Assembly (NCBI GenBank): GCA_013166775.1
Contig: JABLTJ010000025.1
Coordinates: forward strand, 111 to 24,110
Direction of reading: 5' to 3'
Source of the DNA: Promethearchaeati archaeon
GTDB lineage: Archaea; Asgardarchaeota; Heimdallarchaeia; Heimdallarchaeales; Heimdallarchaeaceae
Length of the DNA stretch: 24,000 nt
Part shown: one piece after another, positions 1-10,854 of the stretch
How positions within the stretch are numbered: position 1 is the first letter of the stretch
Layout of the letters: each line of letters opens with the position of its first letter
Made by a program: the position numbers and the translations under genes
The notes under the pieces: model-generated
Seen by the model: the letters and a program-made list of their open reading frames with translations, nothing else
Database searches by the model: none
Told to the model about the DNA's origin: nothing

Positions 1-14
1 GTGCTCAATAGTAT

Positions 15-689
15 TTAATCTTTGAAAGCTCTGTTTCTTCGTTTCCTTTTAAGATATGCTCGAACTAAGAACAGAAGGGAAAAGACATAAAACGGTATTT
101 CGAAATCTGCCACTTCTATAGTTTGTGTAGGAGAAACAACTCTGGTATCGTTATTATACTCAAAAAAGTAGATGATGGTTGTTTCACTAACATCAATAAT
201 CAGCTTTTCTGTCACTACAGGAACAGGACAAGTACTGCAATTTGTGTAATCAAACCACAATTCATACCTGCCTAGAGGAAGACTCTTGTTTAGGTGATAC
301 CATATCTCGAAATAGAAGTTGTAAGTTTCTTTCTTAATGCCAGGACGAAATGTATGCTGCCCCATTACCCATTCAACACTAAAAGCTTGATAAACCTCGA
401 GAGTCTTATTCACTAAATTGGTTTTCAATCTAGGAAAAGGGTAAGGAGCACATACAAAGTCTATTGTTATCCAAGATTGTGTAGGATTCTCAATCTGATA
501 ATCCACAGTAAAACCAAAAAGAGTATAATTCCGTTTTTCATCCACACCCATTAATGGAGGAAAACTCGCATCCACCACTCTAACAATAAGATAATCCTCC
601 GCAGCAGAAATTTTTACTGATGGGTAAAAAGTGATCGATAAGATGCGGAGTGCAATTAATTGCCATTTTAAACGTTGAAGCGAATACAT
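15..689 (-). CDS. Predicted secreted/membrane-anchored protein of unknown function: N-terminal hydrophobic segment, beta-rich ectodomain, C-terminal hydrophobic stretch followed by KRKRRNR
   Basis: 224-aa ORF; hydrophobic N-terminus, several N-x-S/T sequons, hydrophobic IPFYVFSLLFLVRAYL then basic tail. Confidence 0.6.
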   Translation of the reverse strand: MYSLQRLKWQLIALRILSITFYPSVKISAAEDYLIVRVVDASFPPLMGVDEKRNYTLFGFTVDYQIENPTQSWITIDFVCAPYPFPRLKTNLVNKTLEVYQAFSVEWVMGQHTFRPGIKKETYNFYFEIWYHLNKSLPLGRYELWFDYTNCSTCPVPVVTEKLIIDVSETTIIYFFEYNNDTRVVSPTQTIEVADFEIPFYVFSLLFLVRAYLKRKRRNRAFKD

Positions 690-787
690 GCAGACAACTT
701 TCCATCTGTTTTTGAAATTAAAAAGTTTCTCCCAAATTCTTATTTTTTATTTTTTTATCTCTGAGTTAGTAGATAAAGTGAAAGTAA

Positions 788-1606
788 TCAAAAAGATAAG
801 CTATCACTCAGTTCAATACAAAAAGTGATATCAAATAATATGGTTGAAAATAGAATCAATTTTCTATCAATAACATTTTCTTCATCTAACACATTAGAAT
901 TTTGAAGAAGAGAAGAATAGAAATTCACTAGAGCACGAAGTAGATTTCTAGCTAGCTCTTCTTGCTCCCAATTATTAAAATCTCTATGTTCAAAATCAAA
1001 ATATTTATTGTAAACTTCCGCTACTAGACTGAAGGATATTCCTACTTCTGGGAAGGATTGGAGAAATTCTCCAGAATTTACTTTCTTATTTAAGTTTTCT
1101 ACTGTTTTTCTTATCTTTTCTTCAATATTATATTCTTTAGTTAAACCATATTTTGATAGAAATAATTCAGAAGCGTTATCAGAAAGAATGTACTTTGCTG
1201 TAGGGAGATATTTAAGTTCCTCATCCACAATTTCAAAAAGATCAAACAACTCCCAATCAATGAAACCAGTGAATGTATCAAATCCCTTTAATCCGTATTC
1301 ATTCATTATATTTTCTCTAGACCTTTTTCCATAAATAATATCAATGAATCTTTCTTTTTCTTTTTTGTAAAAATTCTTAAAATTAACAAAAACGGTAATT
1401 TTCTCCTTAATAGTAAAATCACAGTAATCGCATTTTTCTTTATCAACACTTAGAGGATTTTTGCAATTTGAACATAGCTTTTTGTCACCATGTAAAAAGA
1501 CACCACACTTGGCACATAAATCATTATTTGAATTATTGAAAGTATTACAGTTAACACATGGGTAAACGGAAAAAACAGTTTCTTCAGCAGCCATTTTTAC
1601 TTCCAT
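788..1606 (-). CDS. N-terminal double zinc-ribbon protein with a long, probably helical C-terminal region
   Basis: Four CxxC knuckles (CVNC, CAKC, CSNC, CDYC) near the N-terminus; downstream of the GTPase gene on the same strand. Confidence 0.7.
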   Translation of the reverse strand: MEVKMAAEETVFSVYPCVNCNTFNNSNNDLCAKCGVFLHGDKKLCSNCKNPLSVDKEKCDYCDFTIKEKITVFVNFKNFYKKEKERFIDIIYGKRSRENIMNEYGLKGFDTFTGFIDWELFDLFEIVDEELKYLPTAKYILSDNASELFLSKYGLTKEYNIEEKIRKTVENLNKKVNSGEFLQSFPEVGISFSLVAEVYNKYFDFEHRDFNNWEQEELARNLLRALVNFYSSLLQNSNVLDEENVIDRKLILFSTILFDITFCIELSDSLSF

Positions 1607-1707
1607 TTAACATACTTAACTGTACATTTAAGCTTTGCGAGGCAAAAATAAAGCAGATGAATGAAAATGAAAGAGAAAAGAAAAATCAAAGTAAATGGAA
1701 TTATGAA

Positions 1708-2295
1708 TTAGATGATATATTCTTCTCGGAATTTCATGTGCTCATTACTGAATTGATGAGAGAGGCGACTGGCATGATAAAAGAGTTTGTCAACGTTGTG
1801 AGAGGAAAGAGCAGAGGTTTCAACGTAATCAAAACGACGGAGACGAACATAGTCGAGAATAGCATCTTTGTCAACAGAACGAGCATCAACAAGATCGAAT
1901 TTGTTACCACAGATGACGATAGGGATGTCGGGGCATTTACCAATAACCTCATTGACCCAAATTTCGACATCGTCGAAGGAGTTCTGGTTGGTGATGTCGA
2001 AAATGATAACGGCGCAGGTAGCACCAGCATAGTATTTGGGGCGGAGATAGGTAAACATCTCTTGGCCTCCCGTGTCCCATAGACTCAGCCTTAAAGTCTC
2101 TGGTTCACTATATAATTTCTTTGTTAAATTTTCATTTAGTTGTTCTTCTGTTAATGTTATTGTTTTTGTCAGCCATGATACACCTAATGTTGGTATGTAG
2201 CTGTGTATGAAAGTGTTTAACGTGAATCTTCTTGCTAAGCTTGTTTTTCCCACAAATGCTGATCCTACACAAATTATTTTTTGTAGTTGATTCAT
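1708..2295 (-). CDS. Ras/Rab-superfamily small GTPase
   Basis: G1 GSAFVGKTS, G2-region Thr in YIPTLGVSW, G3 WDTGGQE, G4 NKFD, G5 ETSA; 195 aa; no C-terminal Cys prenylation motif (ends REEYII). Confidence 0.93.
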   Translation of the reverse strand: MNQLQKIICVGSAFVGKTSLARRFTLNTFIHSYIPTLGVSWLTKTITLTEEQLNENLTKKLYSEPETLRLSLWDTGGQEMFTYLRPKYYAGATCAVIIFDITNQNSFDDVEIWVNEVIGKCPDIPIVICGNKFDLVDARSVDKDAILDYVRLRRFDYVETSALSSHNVDKLFYHASRLSHQFSNEHMKFREEYII

Positions 2296-2299
2296 TTTT

Positions 2300-3148
2300 C
2301 TATCTCCACACTATTGTTAAAACATCCTGTACTAAACTTAATCCGAGCATTCTTTCCCATTCTCTTTTCATTATCGTTGGTAATTTGTACGAAATTATTT
2401 GTCTCAGACCTTCTTTTCCGAATTGTTCATCCAGATATTCAATTATATTCTTCATCAGAAGTATGAATTCTCTTTTTACTTCTGTTGTTGTCCCTTTCTG
2501 TATATCCACTTCACAGAAATCAAATCCTTCTTCTTCTTCAATTTTGAACTCTTCTTTCAAATGGTAAGTATTACTCTCAATATAATTTCGGAAATTCTCT
2601 ATTATTGATTCAATAGTTACTTCTTTCTCTGCTGCGCTTTCCACTATGTACATCCTTATACCAAGCCATACAGAGTTAAGTATATTTTCAAAAACTTCTA
2701 TCATGTTTCTCTTATCTATATCTTCAATATGCAGATCTAAAACATTCCACAGCATAAAGGAGTGTGCGAGAGACTCTGATACTTCTCTCCTCTTTATTCC
2801 TTCTAGTTCTAACAGAAACTCATTTGTGCTTTCTTCATCCGTTATTTCAAAAGCGTTTAGAAATAATTTCATGAAGAAGAATAATTGTGAGGAAACCATA
2901 TCTGTTGAATAATTAGGTGGGCTTAAAAGAACAAACAGAAAGGAGTACTTACTCATGAATAAAATTTTGGAGTTCTTAAATTTCAAAACCTGTAATTCGT
3001 TAAGAGTTGGTTGTTCTTCTGTTTCTTTGTAAAATGAAAGTAGTAATCGAATGATAGCATCTACTTCTGTTTCATCAGTACTTATCTTTAATGGCCTGCA
3101 AAATAGCACGTCCATCTTTTCTTTATTTATGATGTAGAATCCCATCAT
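2300..3148 (-). CDS. Longin-like N-terminal domain protein with helical C-terminal region; putative GTPase partner
   Basis: N-terminal ~100 aa has short beta strands, a helix, then LKFKNSKILFMSKYSFLFVLLS (paired strands) and a helix, as in longin-type folds; stop codon lies 4 nt before the small GTPase start. Confidence 0.55.
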   Translation of the reverse strand: MMGFYIINKEKMDVLFCRPLKISTDETEVDAIIRLLLSFYKETEEQPTLNELQVLKFKNSKILFMSKYSFLFVLLSPPNYSTDMVSSQLFFFMKLFLNAFEITDEESTNEFLLELEGIKRREVSESLAHSFMLWNVLDLHIEDIDKRNMIEVFENILNSVWLGIRMYIVESAAEKEVTIESIIENFRNYIESNTYHLKEEFKIEEEEGFDFCEVDIQKGTTTEVKREFILLMKNIIEYLDEQFGKEGLRQIISYKLPTIMKREWERMLGLSLVQDVLTIVWR

Positions 3149-3275
3149 TATTCGAGCAACTCTTCAAGGATTAATGTGAGAAATTTATCTCTTGATTATA
3201 TATTTAAAATAACATATAGGCAACATTAATCTCGAAACATGAAAAAGAAGTTTGATGGTTTTACTTTATCAATTT

Positions 3276-5489
<2,214 letters not shown>

Positions 5490-5637
5490 TTATTTTACGC
5501 TTATTTTCCGATTATCTTTGAGCTTTATAATGGTTTGTTTTATGTCGTTCTATCACACTTATACCTTCAGAAAAATCATATATAAACTGGTCTTAATCAC
5601 GAATAATTTTAGTTTTTCTTAAGATAAAAAAACTGCA

Positions 5638-6561
5638 TTAAAACCTGAAGGTTAGTTTTAATGCACCCTCCTTACAAGCATCGATACAATCACCACAATT
5701 CGTACACATTTTATCTGTTACATCCCGATCAAAAGTTAAAATCGGAATTTGTACAGGGCACGCTTGTTCACAATCATTACAACCACTTAAACAACGGTTT
5801 TTATTCAAACGAATACCTAAAAGACTAAATCTGCTGAAGATGCCTAGGAGTGCTCCAGTTGGGCAGAACCATCTACAATAAGCTCTGGGATATAATGTAA
5901 TAAGTACTAAAACAACTATGAATATGATTATTCTTAGAAAGAAGATAAATCTCCAATCACCCATTTCAGCACCAAGAGTAGTTCCTTGAATTCCCCATCG
6001 TAAATAATAGTAGAGTGAAGCGAAAAGTGTTGATGCGGGATCTATTGTACTAAACGGCATATCTTTTCCTGTCCCAAAAGCACTTTTTGCTCCGCTTCTC
6101 ATGTAAGTTAAACCAATGATAAAAGACATCAATAATACAAAAATCACAATACCTATTCCAATTCTGCTAAGATTTTTATTTGTAGGTTTCGAAACTTTCT
6201 TCTTTTTGATTGGAATAATTCTGAAAATATCTTGAAATAAACCAAAGGGACAAACCCAACCACAAGTAGTTTTACCAAAAATGGTACCAAACAATGCAAA
6301 TATAGAAATTGCTAGGTATGGAAAAATCCAGAAAGTCATTGCATACTGTAATGCTTCAAAAGCATTCCAAGTAGTACCAAATTGAGCACCTGTTGGAAAT
6401 TCAATTGGCAATAGTACACTTACTCTGCCCAAACCAAAGATAGCTCCATTCAGTAGACCAAATGATATGATTTGAACAATTACTCGGATAATCTTAATTC
6501 GGTGTTCACTTATTGGACGTAAAGCAGTAGTTATTTTTGTTTTGATCTCCTTTGTTGCCAT
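5638..6561 (-). CDS. NapH/NosR/CcoG-like polytopic membrane protein with 4Fe-4S ferredoxin motifs
   Basis: Multiple TM segments; CGWVCPFG, CRWFCPTG, CxxGCxxCxxxCP and CTNCGDCIDACKEG motifs. Confidence 0.88.
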   Translation of the reverse strand: MATKEIKTKITTALRPISEHRIKIIRVIVQIISFGLLNGAIFGLGRVSVLLPIEFPTGAQFGTTWNAFEALQYAMTFWIFPYLAISIFALFGTIFGKTTCGWVCPFGLFQDIFRIIPIKKKKVSKPTNKNLSRIGIGIVIFVLLMSFIIGLTYMRSGAKSAFGTGKDMPFSTIDPASTLFASLYYYLRWGIQGTTLGAEMGDWRFIFFLRIIIFIVVLVLITLYPRAYCRWFCPTGALLGIFSRFSLLGIRLNKNRCLSGCNDCEQACPVQIPILTFDRDVTDKMCTNCGDCIDACKEGALKLTFRF

Positions 6562-6582
6562 GATATCACTCTTCCTTTTCTC

Positions 6583-6780
6583 CTAAGCCCATGGACGTGG
6601 AAAACCCGCTACATAAGTATTCAAGAAATCTTGTACTTGAGTTTCTGTAAAAGTACTAATTGTTTCATAAAGATTAGCTTGTTGATGTACAAATGCAATT
6701 AATAAGAAAATTATTCCTATTGAGAGGAAGAATATTAGATATATTCGTGCTCGGGTATTCATGATGACTGAAGACTTCAA
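6583..6780 (-). CDS. Small single-TM protein (65 aa), probably co-transcribed with the NapH-like gene
   Basis: ORF MKSSVIMNTRARIYLIFFLSIGIIFLLIAFV...FPRPWA; 21 nt upstream of the NapH-like start on the same strand. An internal Met (MNTRARIY) may be the real start. Confidence 0.55.
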   Translation of the reverse strand: MKSSVIMNTRARIYLIFFLSIGIIFLLIAFVHQQANLYETISTFTETQVQDFLNTYVAGFPRPWA

Positions 6781-6967
6781 AAAACTTACTTATTAAAAGT
6801 TTTACTTTAAGAAATCTATTTTCCTAAATTGATATCATTCTCATAGTTAATTGAGAGAGAGCTAAAAATTAGGGCGATTTTATCCAATATTAGAACAAAA
6901 CTATCTTCTCGCAATCATAATGCATTTAAACTGTTGAAATTAAACACTATACAGGAGTTCAAGTGAA

Positions 6968-7219
6968 ATGTGGAAAGTTACACCACTAAAGTCATGCATT
7001 CTGGCAATTTTAGAAAAACGAGGCGGAATTCTTTTAGAGAACGATTTAGAAAATCCTTTGAAAGAGATGTATGGTGATTTCAGTGAATCAGAATTAAATA
7101 AAGCACTAATGACACTCGAAAATCAAGGATTAGTTCATGTAACTTGGATTTCAAAAACAAGAAGAAGAATTCAGAAAATGACAAAGGATATGGGATTTCT
7201 AGCTATTGGTGAAGACTAG
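6968..7219 (+). CDS. Small winged-helix-like DNA-binding protein (83 aa)
   Basis: Pattern LKSCILAILEKRGG...SESELNKALMTLENQGLVHVTWISKTRRRIQKM resembles wHTH; GGAG-like SD upstream. Confidence 0.6.
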   Translation: MWKVTPLKSCILAILEKRGGILLENDLENPLKEMYGDFSESELNKALMTLENQGLVHVTWISKTRRRIQKMTKDMGFLAIGED

Positions 7220-7255
7220 TTTGGAAATGATTTTTCACAATATCTTAGCACACAT

Positions 7256-8509
7256 TTACTTGGTATAAATCACAAGTTTTCTGTTTATTATATTGTGCTT
7301 TCTCCCAATCTGAACAGGTAGTTTTACATTGAATAATGTACTTTTAGTTTGAAACTCTAATTTGCAGTTTTTAGCAATCTTTTGATAATCAGGATATATT
7401 GAATAATCTTGCGAATATCTATATTCAGGAATGATTAGGATAACCCGATGACCTGTCTTTAGATATTCCACACTTTTTTGTAAAACCTTTGTATAGAGTT
7501 TTTCCAGCATGGTCATTGTATCCTTAGCTTTTTCTTTGGTTGGTAGTTCCTTGATGAAAGGACCAAGATATGGTTCAGTTACCAGTCCTCCAATTTTAAT
7601 ATCAATTACTTCGTTGAGATTTTGAGAATCAAGAAGGTATATCGACCACTTGTCTTTCATTCGTTCCTTAGAAGGAAATTTCATTGAGAAATGATTTAAA
7701 TTAGCTTTACTTGCCCTAACACTTTTTGGATCTCTATCTATTCCTATTGCTTGTAAGTTTTGTTTAAGTCCTTCCAGTAAAATTGTTCCTGTTCCACAAA
7801 AAGGATCAAACAAAACATCTCCTTCCTGTATTTTTGAGAGATTCACTAGAGTCCTAGCTAATTTTATTGAAGTACCATGAGTAAAGAGCCGAACTGGTCT
7901 TTCTTCATCTTGTTTTATGTCCTTAAGTGGATTAGTTACCCACTTTAGATGTCCAATAAAAATTGTTGATTTTATAACCAAGCAAGTTATTTCAATTCCT
8001 CGCTTATGAAAATTTTCTTTGAAAAATTGATATGGGGATAATTCAGATGTCTCTTTTTTTGGGGAACGGATTTTTGATTCAAAAAGTAAATCAGATGATG
8101 TTTGATATATAGATTTCTTGATTATACTATTGAGTTGTTTTCTAATTGTAATTGTAGAAGTTTGGATATTTATTGAAAACTTAATTTTTCTTGTTTTCTG
8201 AATTGGTAAAGTTTGAAGTGTTTTTTTAAGATAAGCAATAATTTTAGGTTTCAACTCATTTAAGTCATTCACTTTTTCTTCAAGCTCAATAAAACCTGCT
8301 TTAATTATACTCCCAGATTTTTCCAGAGATTTGATCAATTTGGTCTGTTGTTCTTTACTCAATTCCAGTAAAAGATATTTTTTCCATTCCTGGAACTTTA
8401 ACTCCGTTATCGAAAATTCTTCCAAAATCGACGATAACTCTAGCTTAGACAATTCACCGTTAGCTCCTAGTTTTATAAAAGTGTTGAAAGAGAGTGACAT
8501 TTTAATCAT
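7256..8509 (-). CDS. THUMP/Trm11-family-like SAM-dependent RNA methyltransferase (tRNA G10-type)
   Basis: DPFCGTGTILLEGLKQNLQAIGIDRDPKSV motif, TEPYLGP in the catalytic motif position; long N-terminal domain; ATG overlaps the fen TAA (TAATG). Confidence 0.75.
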   Translation of the reverse strand: MIKMSLSFNTFIKLGANGELSKLELSSILEEFSITELKFQEWKKYLLLELSKEQQTKLIKSLEKSGSIIKAGFIELEEKVNDLNELKPKIIAYLKKTLQTLPIQKTRKIKFSINIQTSTITIRKQLNSIIKKSIYQTSSDLLFESKIRSPKKETSELSPYQFFKENFHKRGIEITCLVIKSTIFIGHLKWVTNPLKDIKQDEERPVRLFTHGTSIKLARTLVNLSKIQEGDVLFDPFCGTGTILLEGLKQNLQAIGIDRDPKSVRASKANLNHFSMKFPSKERMKDKWSIYLLDSQNLNEVIDIKIGGLVTEPYLGPFIKELPTKEKAKDTMTMLEKLYTKVLQKSVEYLKTGHRVILIIPEYRYSQDYSIYPDYQKIAKNCKLEFQTKSTLFNVKLPVQIGRKHNIINRKLVIYTK

Positions 8510-9546
8510 TAACCAAAAAAAGCATCGAGACTCTTCTGCTTAAGAGCTGTATCTTGTCCTTTCTTTGCTTTTTGCAAAGTGCTGGCTACTCGTTCTTTGT
8601 TAAAACCTCTTTCTTCACACAAGAATTGGATGATGCCATCCACATCAAGGGATTTAAAAATTAGGCTATAATCTTCAGTAACAACTGGATTGAGAAATAC
8701 ATTTCGTATTTCTCCAAAATCCTCATCAACGATAATTTTTTCTTCTTTCTCTATAACATCTTCTAAACTTCCGTGTTCTTTTATGAGTTTGAAAGCCGTT
8801 TTAGGTCCTACTCCTTTTACTCCCCCAGGATTAAAATCTGTACCTATCAAAATAGACATATCAATTAGCTGTTCTCTAGTAATATCTAATGTTCGTAATA
8901 ACTCATTCTGATGAAATTCTTCAACGTTAACTGTAACGGTTCTTGTGGATCTTGGGAGTTTTCTTTGACCAGAAAGAGTAAGATTTCTTATTAGAACAGG
9001 GGAACCGAATAATAAACTGTCATAATCTTGAGACGCAACAGCCCACACTTTTTTCTGGTTTACTAGATGAGCAGCTTGAGCTTCACCTTCTTGAGGTGCT
9101 TCAATCACTGGGATACCCATTAATTCCAATAATCTTTTGCTATCATTTATCATGTTTGTTGTTACAGCGCTTGTTCTTTGTGCAACTACTCGTGCCCGTG
9201 CCATATCTCCTCGTTCTAGTGCTTCTTCATACTCTTCCCTCGCTTTTCTTTTAACTTCACCCCTTCGTTTAATTTCTTCTCTCTTCAGCACTGAAGGTTT
9301 TCCATCAAAAACATAAGCTAGCTGGATTCCTTTTTCAATAAGTCTAGCATTTCTGTATAACAAACCTGATAAATGACTAGTCACGGTACCTTCAGAATCC
9401 GAGAGCAGACTGCCATCATAACCTCTTATAGAGGCTAGGAACTGGTATATGATATTATATGCATCAATAGCAAGTTTTTTTTGTCTAAGTTGATCTAATT
9501 CAATAGGAGTACCCTTAAACAGCTCACTTATTTTTTTGACACCCAT
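8509..9546 (-). CDS. fen: Flap endonuclease 1
   Basis: MGVKKISELFKG N-terminus, FDG, EAPQEGEAQAA, SQDYDSLLFG, DFNPGGVKGVGPKTA; C-terminal PIP box QKSLDAFF. The track ORF extends to 9564, but the conserved MGV start is at 9546. Confidence 0.96.
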   Translation of the reverse strand: MGVKKISELFKGTPIELDQLRQKKLAIDAYNIIYQFLASIRGYDGSLLSDSEGTVTSHLSGLLYRNARLIEKGIQLAYVFDGKPSVLKREEIKRRGEVKRKAREEYEEALERGDMARARVVAQRTSAVTTNMINDSKRLLELMGIPVIEAPQEGEAQAAHLVNQKKVWAVASQDYDSLLFGSPVLIRNLTLSGQRKLPRSTRTVTVNVEEFHQNELLRTLDITREQLIDMSILIGTDFNPGGVKGVGPKTAFKLIKEHGSLEDVIEKEEKIIVDEDFGEIRNVFLNPVVTEDYSLIFKSLDVDGIIQFLCEERGFNKERVASTLQKAKKGQDTALKQKSLDAFFG

Positions 9547-9611
9547 CGACGATCTACCTATCATTTGTTATATTTAATTTGAAATTAAAAACTTGTCTAA
9601 AATGAGAAAAT

Positions 9612-10292
9612 CTATCCATATTTCCCAGTTAAAGGAACAAAAGCTACTCCACCCATGCTTCTTTCATTAAAATCTTTTTCAGATTTTTTTTCAATAATTA
9701 CTAACTCTTGGTAAAACATTCTTCCAACTGGAATTATGAGCTTTCCATTAATTTTGAGTTGTTCCAGCAAAGGAGGTGGAATTTGTTTACTAGCTGCTGC
9801 TACTGAGATTATATCATATGGCCCTTCTGATGGATGACCTATTCCTCCATCTCCTTGAATAATTGTTACACGATCAGAATAACCCGTTCGTTCAATATTA
9901 TTTTTTGCAAATTCTACAAGCTCTGGGATTATCTCGACAGCATAAACATGACCTGGATTGTCAACTCCTTCAGGAGCAACCATTTCTGCAAACATAGCAG
10001 CATTGTAACCACTACCTGCTCCTACTTCAAGGATCTTGTTCCCAATCTGCGGATCTGAACATGAAGAGGAGATGTAAATCATTACCATGTGAATAGCACT
10101 GATTGTTTGTCCAGATAGAATTGGAAGAGGAGTATCAATGTAAGCCCTTTCCTTGTATTTTTCAAGAACAAATTCTTCTCTTGGTACGTTTAGAAAAGCT
10201 TGCTTCATCTGTTCAGTGACATTTATCCTATGAGTACGTAATCTTGATAAAACATCAATTTTTGTTTTCAGTAATTCTTCTTCTATGGACAT
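9612..10292 (-). CDS. pcm: Protein-L-isoaspartate O-methyltransferase
   Basis: VPREEFV, GQTISAIHMV, ILEVGAGSGYNAA, VYAVEIIPELVEFA, GDGGIGHPSEGPYD, GKLIIPVG. Confidence 0.93.
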   Translation of the reverse strand: MSIEEELLKTKIDVLSRLRTHRINVTEQMKQAFLNVPREEFVLEKYKERAYIDTPLPILSGQTISAIHMVMIYISSSCSDPQIGNKILEVGAGSGYNAAMFAEMVAPEGVDNPGHVYAVEIIPELVEFAKNNIERTGYSDRVTIIQGDGGIGHPSEGPYDIISVAAASKQIPPPLLEQLKINGKLIIPVGRMFYQELVIIEKKSEKDFNERSMGGVAFVPLTGKYG

Positions 10293-10554
10293 ATCTTTTC
10301 ACAAAAATCTCTTTCAGATAGAGAGTCTATCCTTCAGACTTAATTAAATTTTGGTCAAATATGCAAGAATTTCACATGTAAAGCTAATTAGGTGAGTTTT
10401 TATAATAAACTATGAAAGAAAATTAGGTTATGCATATTTTGTGGAGAGTATCATAAGTTTTTAAAAATAGATTATAATAAGTATATATCAGCCTTGATAA
10501 TAAAAGTAAAAAGTAGCAATAAATACAGTTACCTATTGAAAAGGAGAATTTCTA

Positions 10555-10854
10555 ATGATATCAGGAAAACAATTTGAAGAAACATTAAAGTCATTAGCGT
10601 CACATCCAGGAGTTAGAGGAGTTATAATAACAAGTAATGATGGTTTACCAATTTCAAGTACAGAGAACCTCAGCATGGAAATGCGAGAAAATGTATCTGC
10701 TCTGGTTGCCTCATTAGTTGGACGAGCAAAAGCAGTAGTTAACGAGCTTAACGAAGGAGAACTAAACTTTTTCACATTAGATACTAGCCAAGGGGAAATT
10801 CTTGTTGCCCCAGAAAATGATTATGTTTTAATTGTGTTAAGAGAGAAAAGATGA
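10555..10854 (+). CDS. Roadblock/LC7 (MglB-like) protein
   Basis: 99 aa, [18 protein letters not shown]...[11 protein letters not shown]...[16 protein letters not shown]; good SD (aaaaggag) upstream; followed by an MglA-like GTPase. Confidence 0.9.
   Translation: MISGKQFEETLKSLASHPGVRGVIITSNDGLPISSTENLSMEMRENVSALVASLVGRAKAVVNELNEGELNFFTLDTSQGEILVAPENDYVLIVLREKR

Noticed and set aside
1734-2030. 98-aa second frame inside the GTPase gene
   Set aside because: Low-complexity, Ser/Leu/Val-rich translation typical of an out-of-frame read.
1558-2082. 174-aa + strand ORF in the track
   Set aside because: Antisense shadow of the Rab-like GTPase gene, whose G motifs are clear. The longer open frame follows from the GC-rich core. 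No recognisable domain.
2232-2912. + strand ORFs 2232-2567, 2399-2608, 2646-2912
   Set aside because: Phe/Ser/Ile-rich antisense translations of the longin-like gene.
8331-10058. + strand ORFs 8331-8543, 8690-8911 and 9834-10058
   Set aside because: Opposite the Trm11-like, fen and pcm genes; no domain and atypical composition.
10533-10775. 80-aa minus ORF
   Set aside because: Antisense to the roadblock gene, which has an SD and a recognisable domain.
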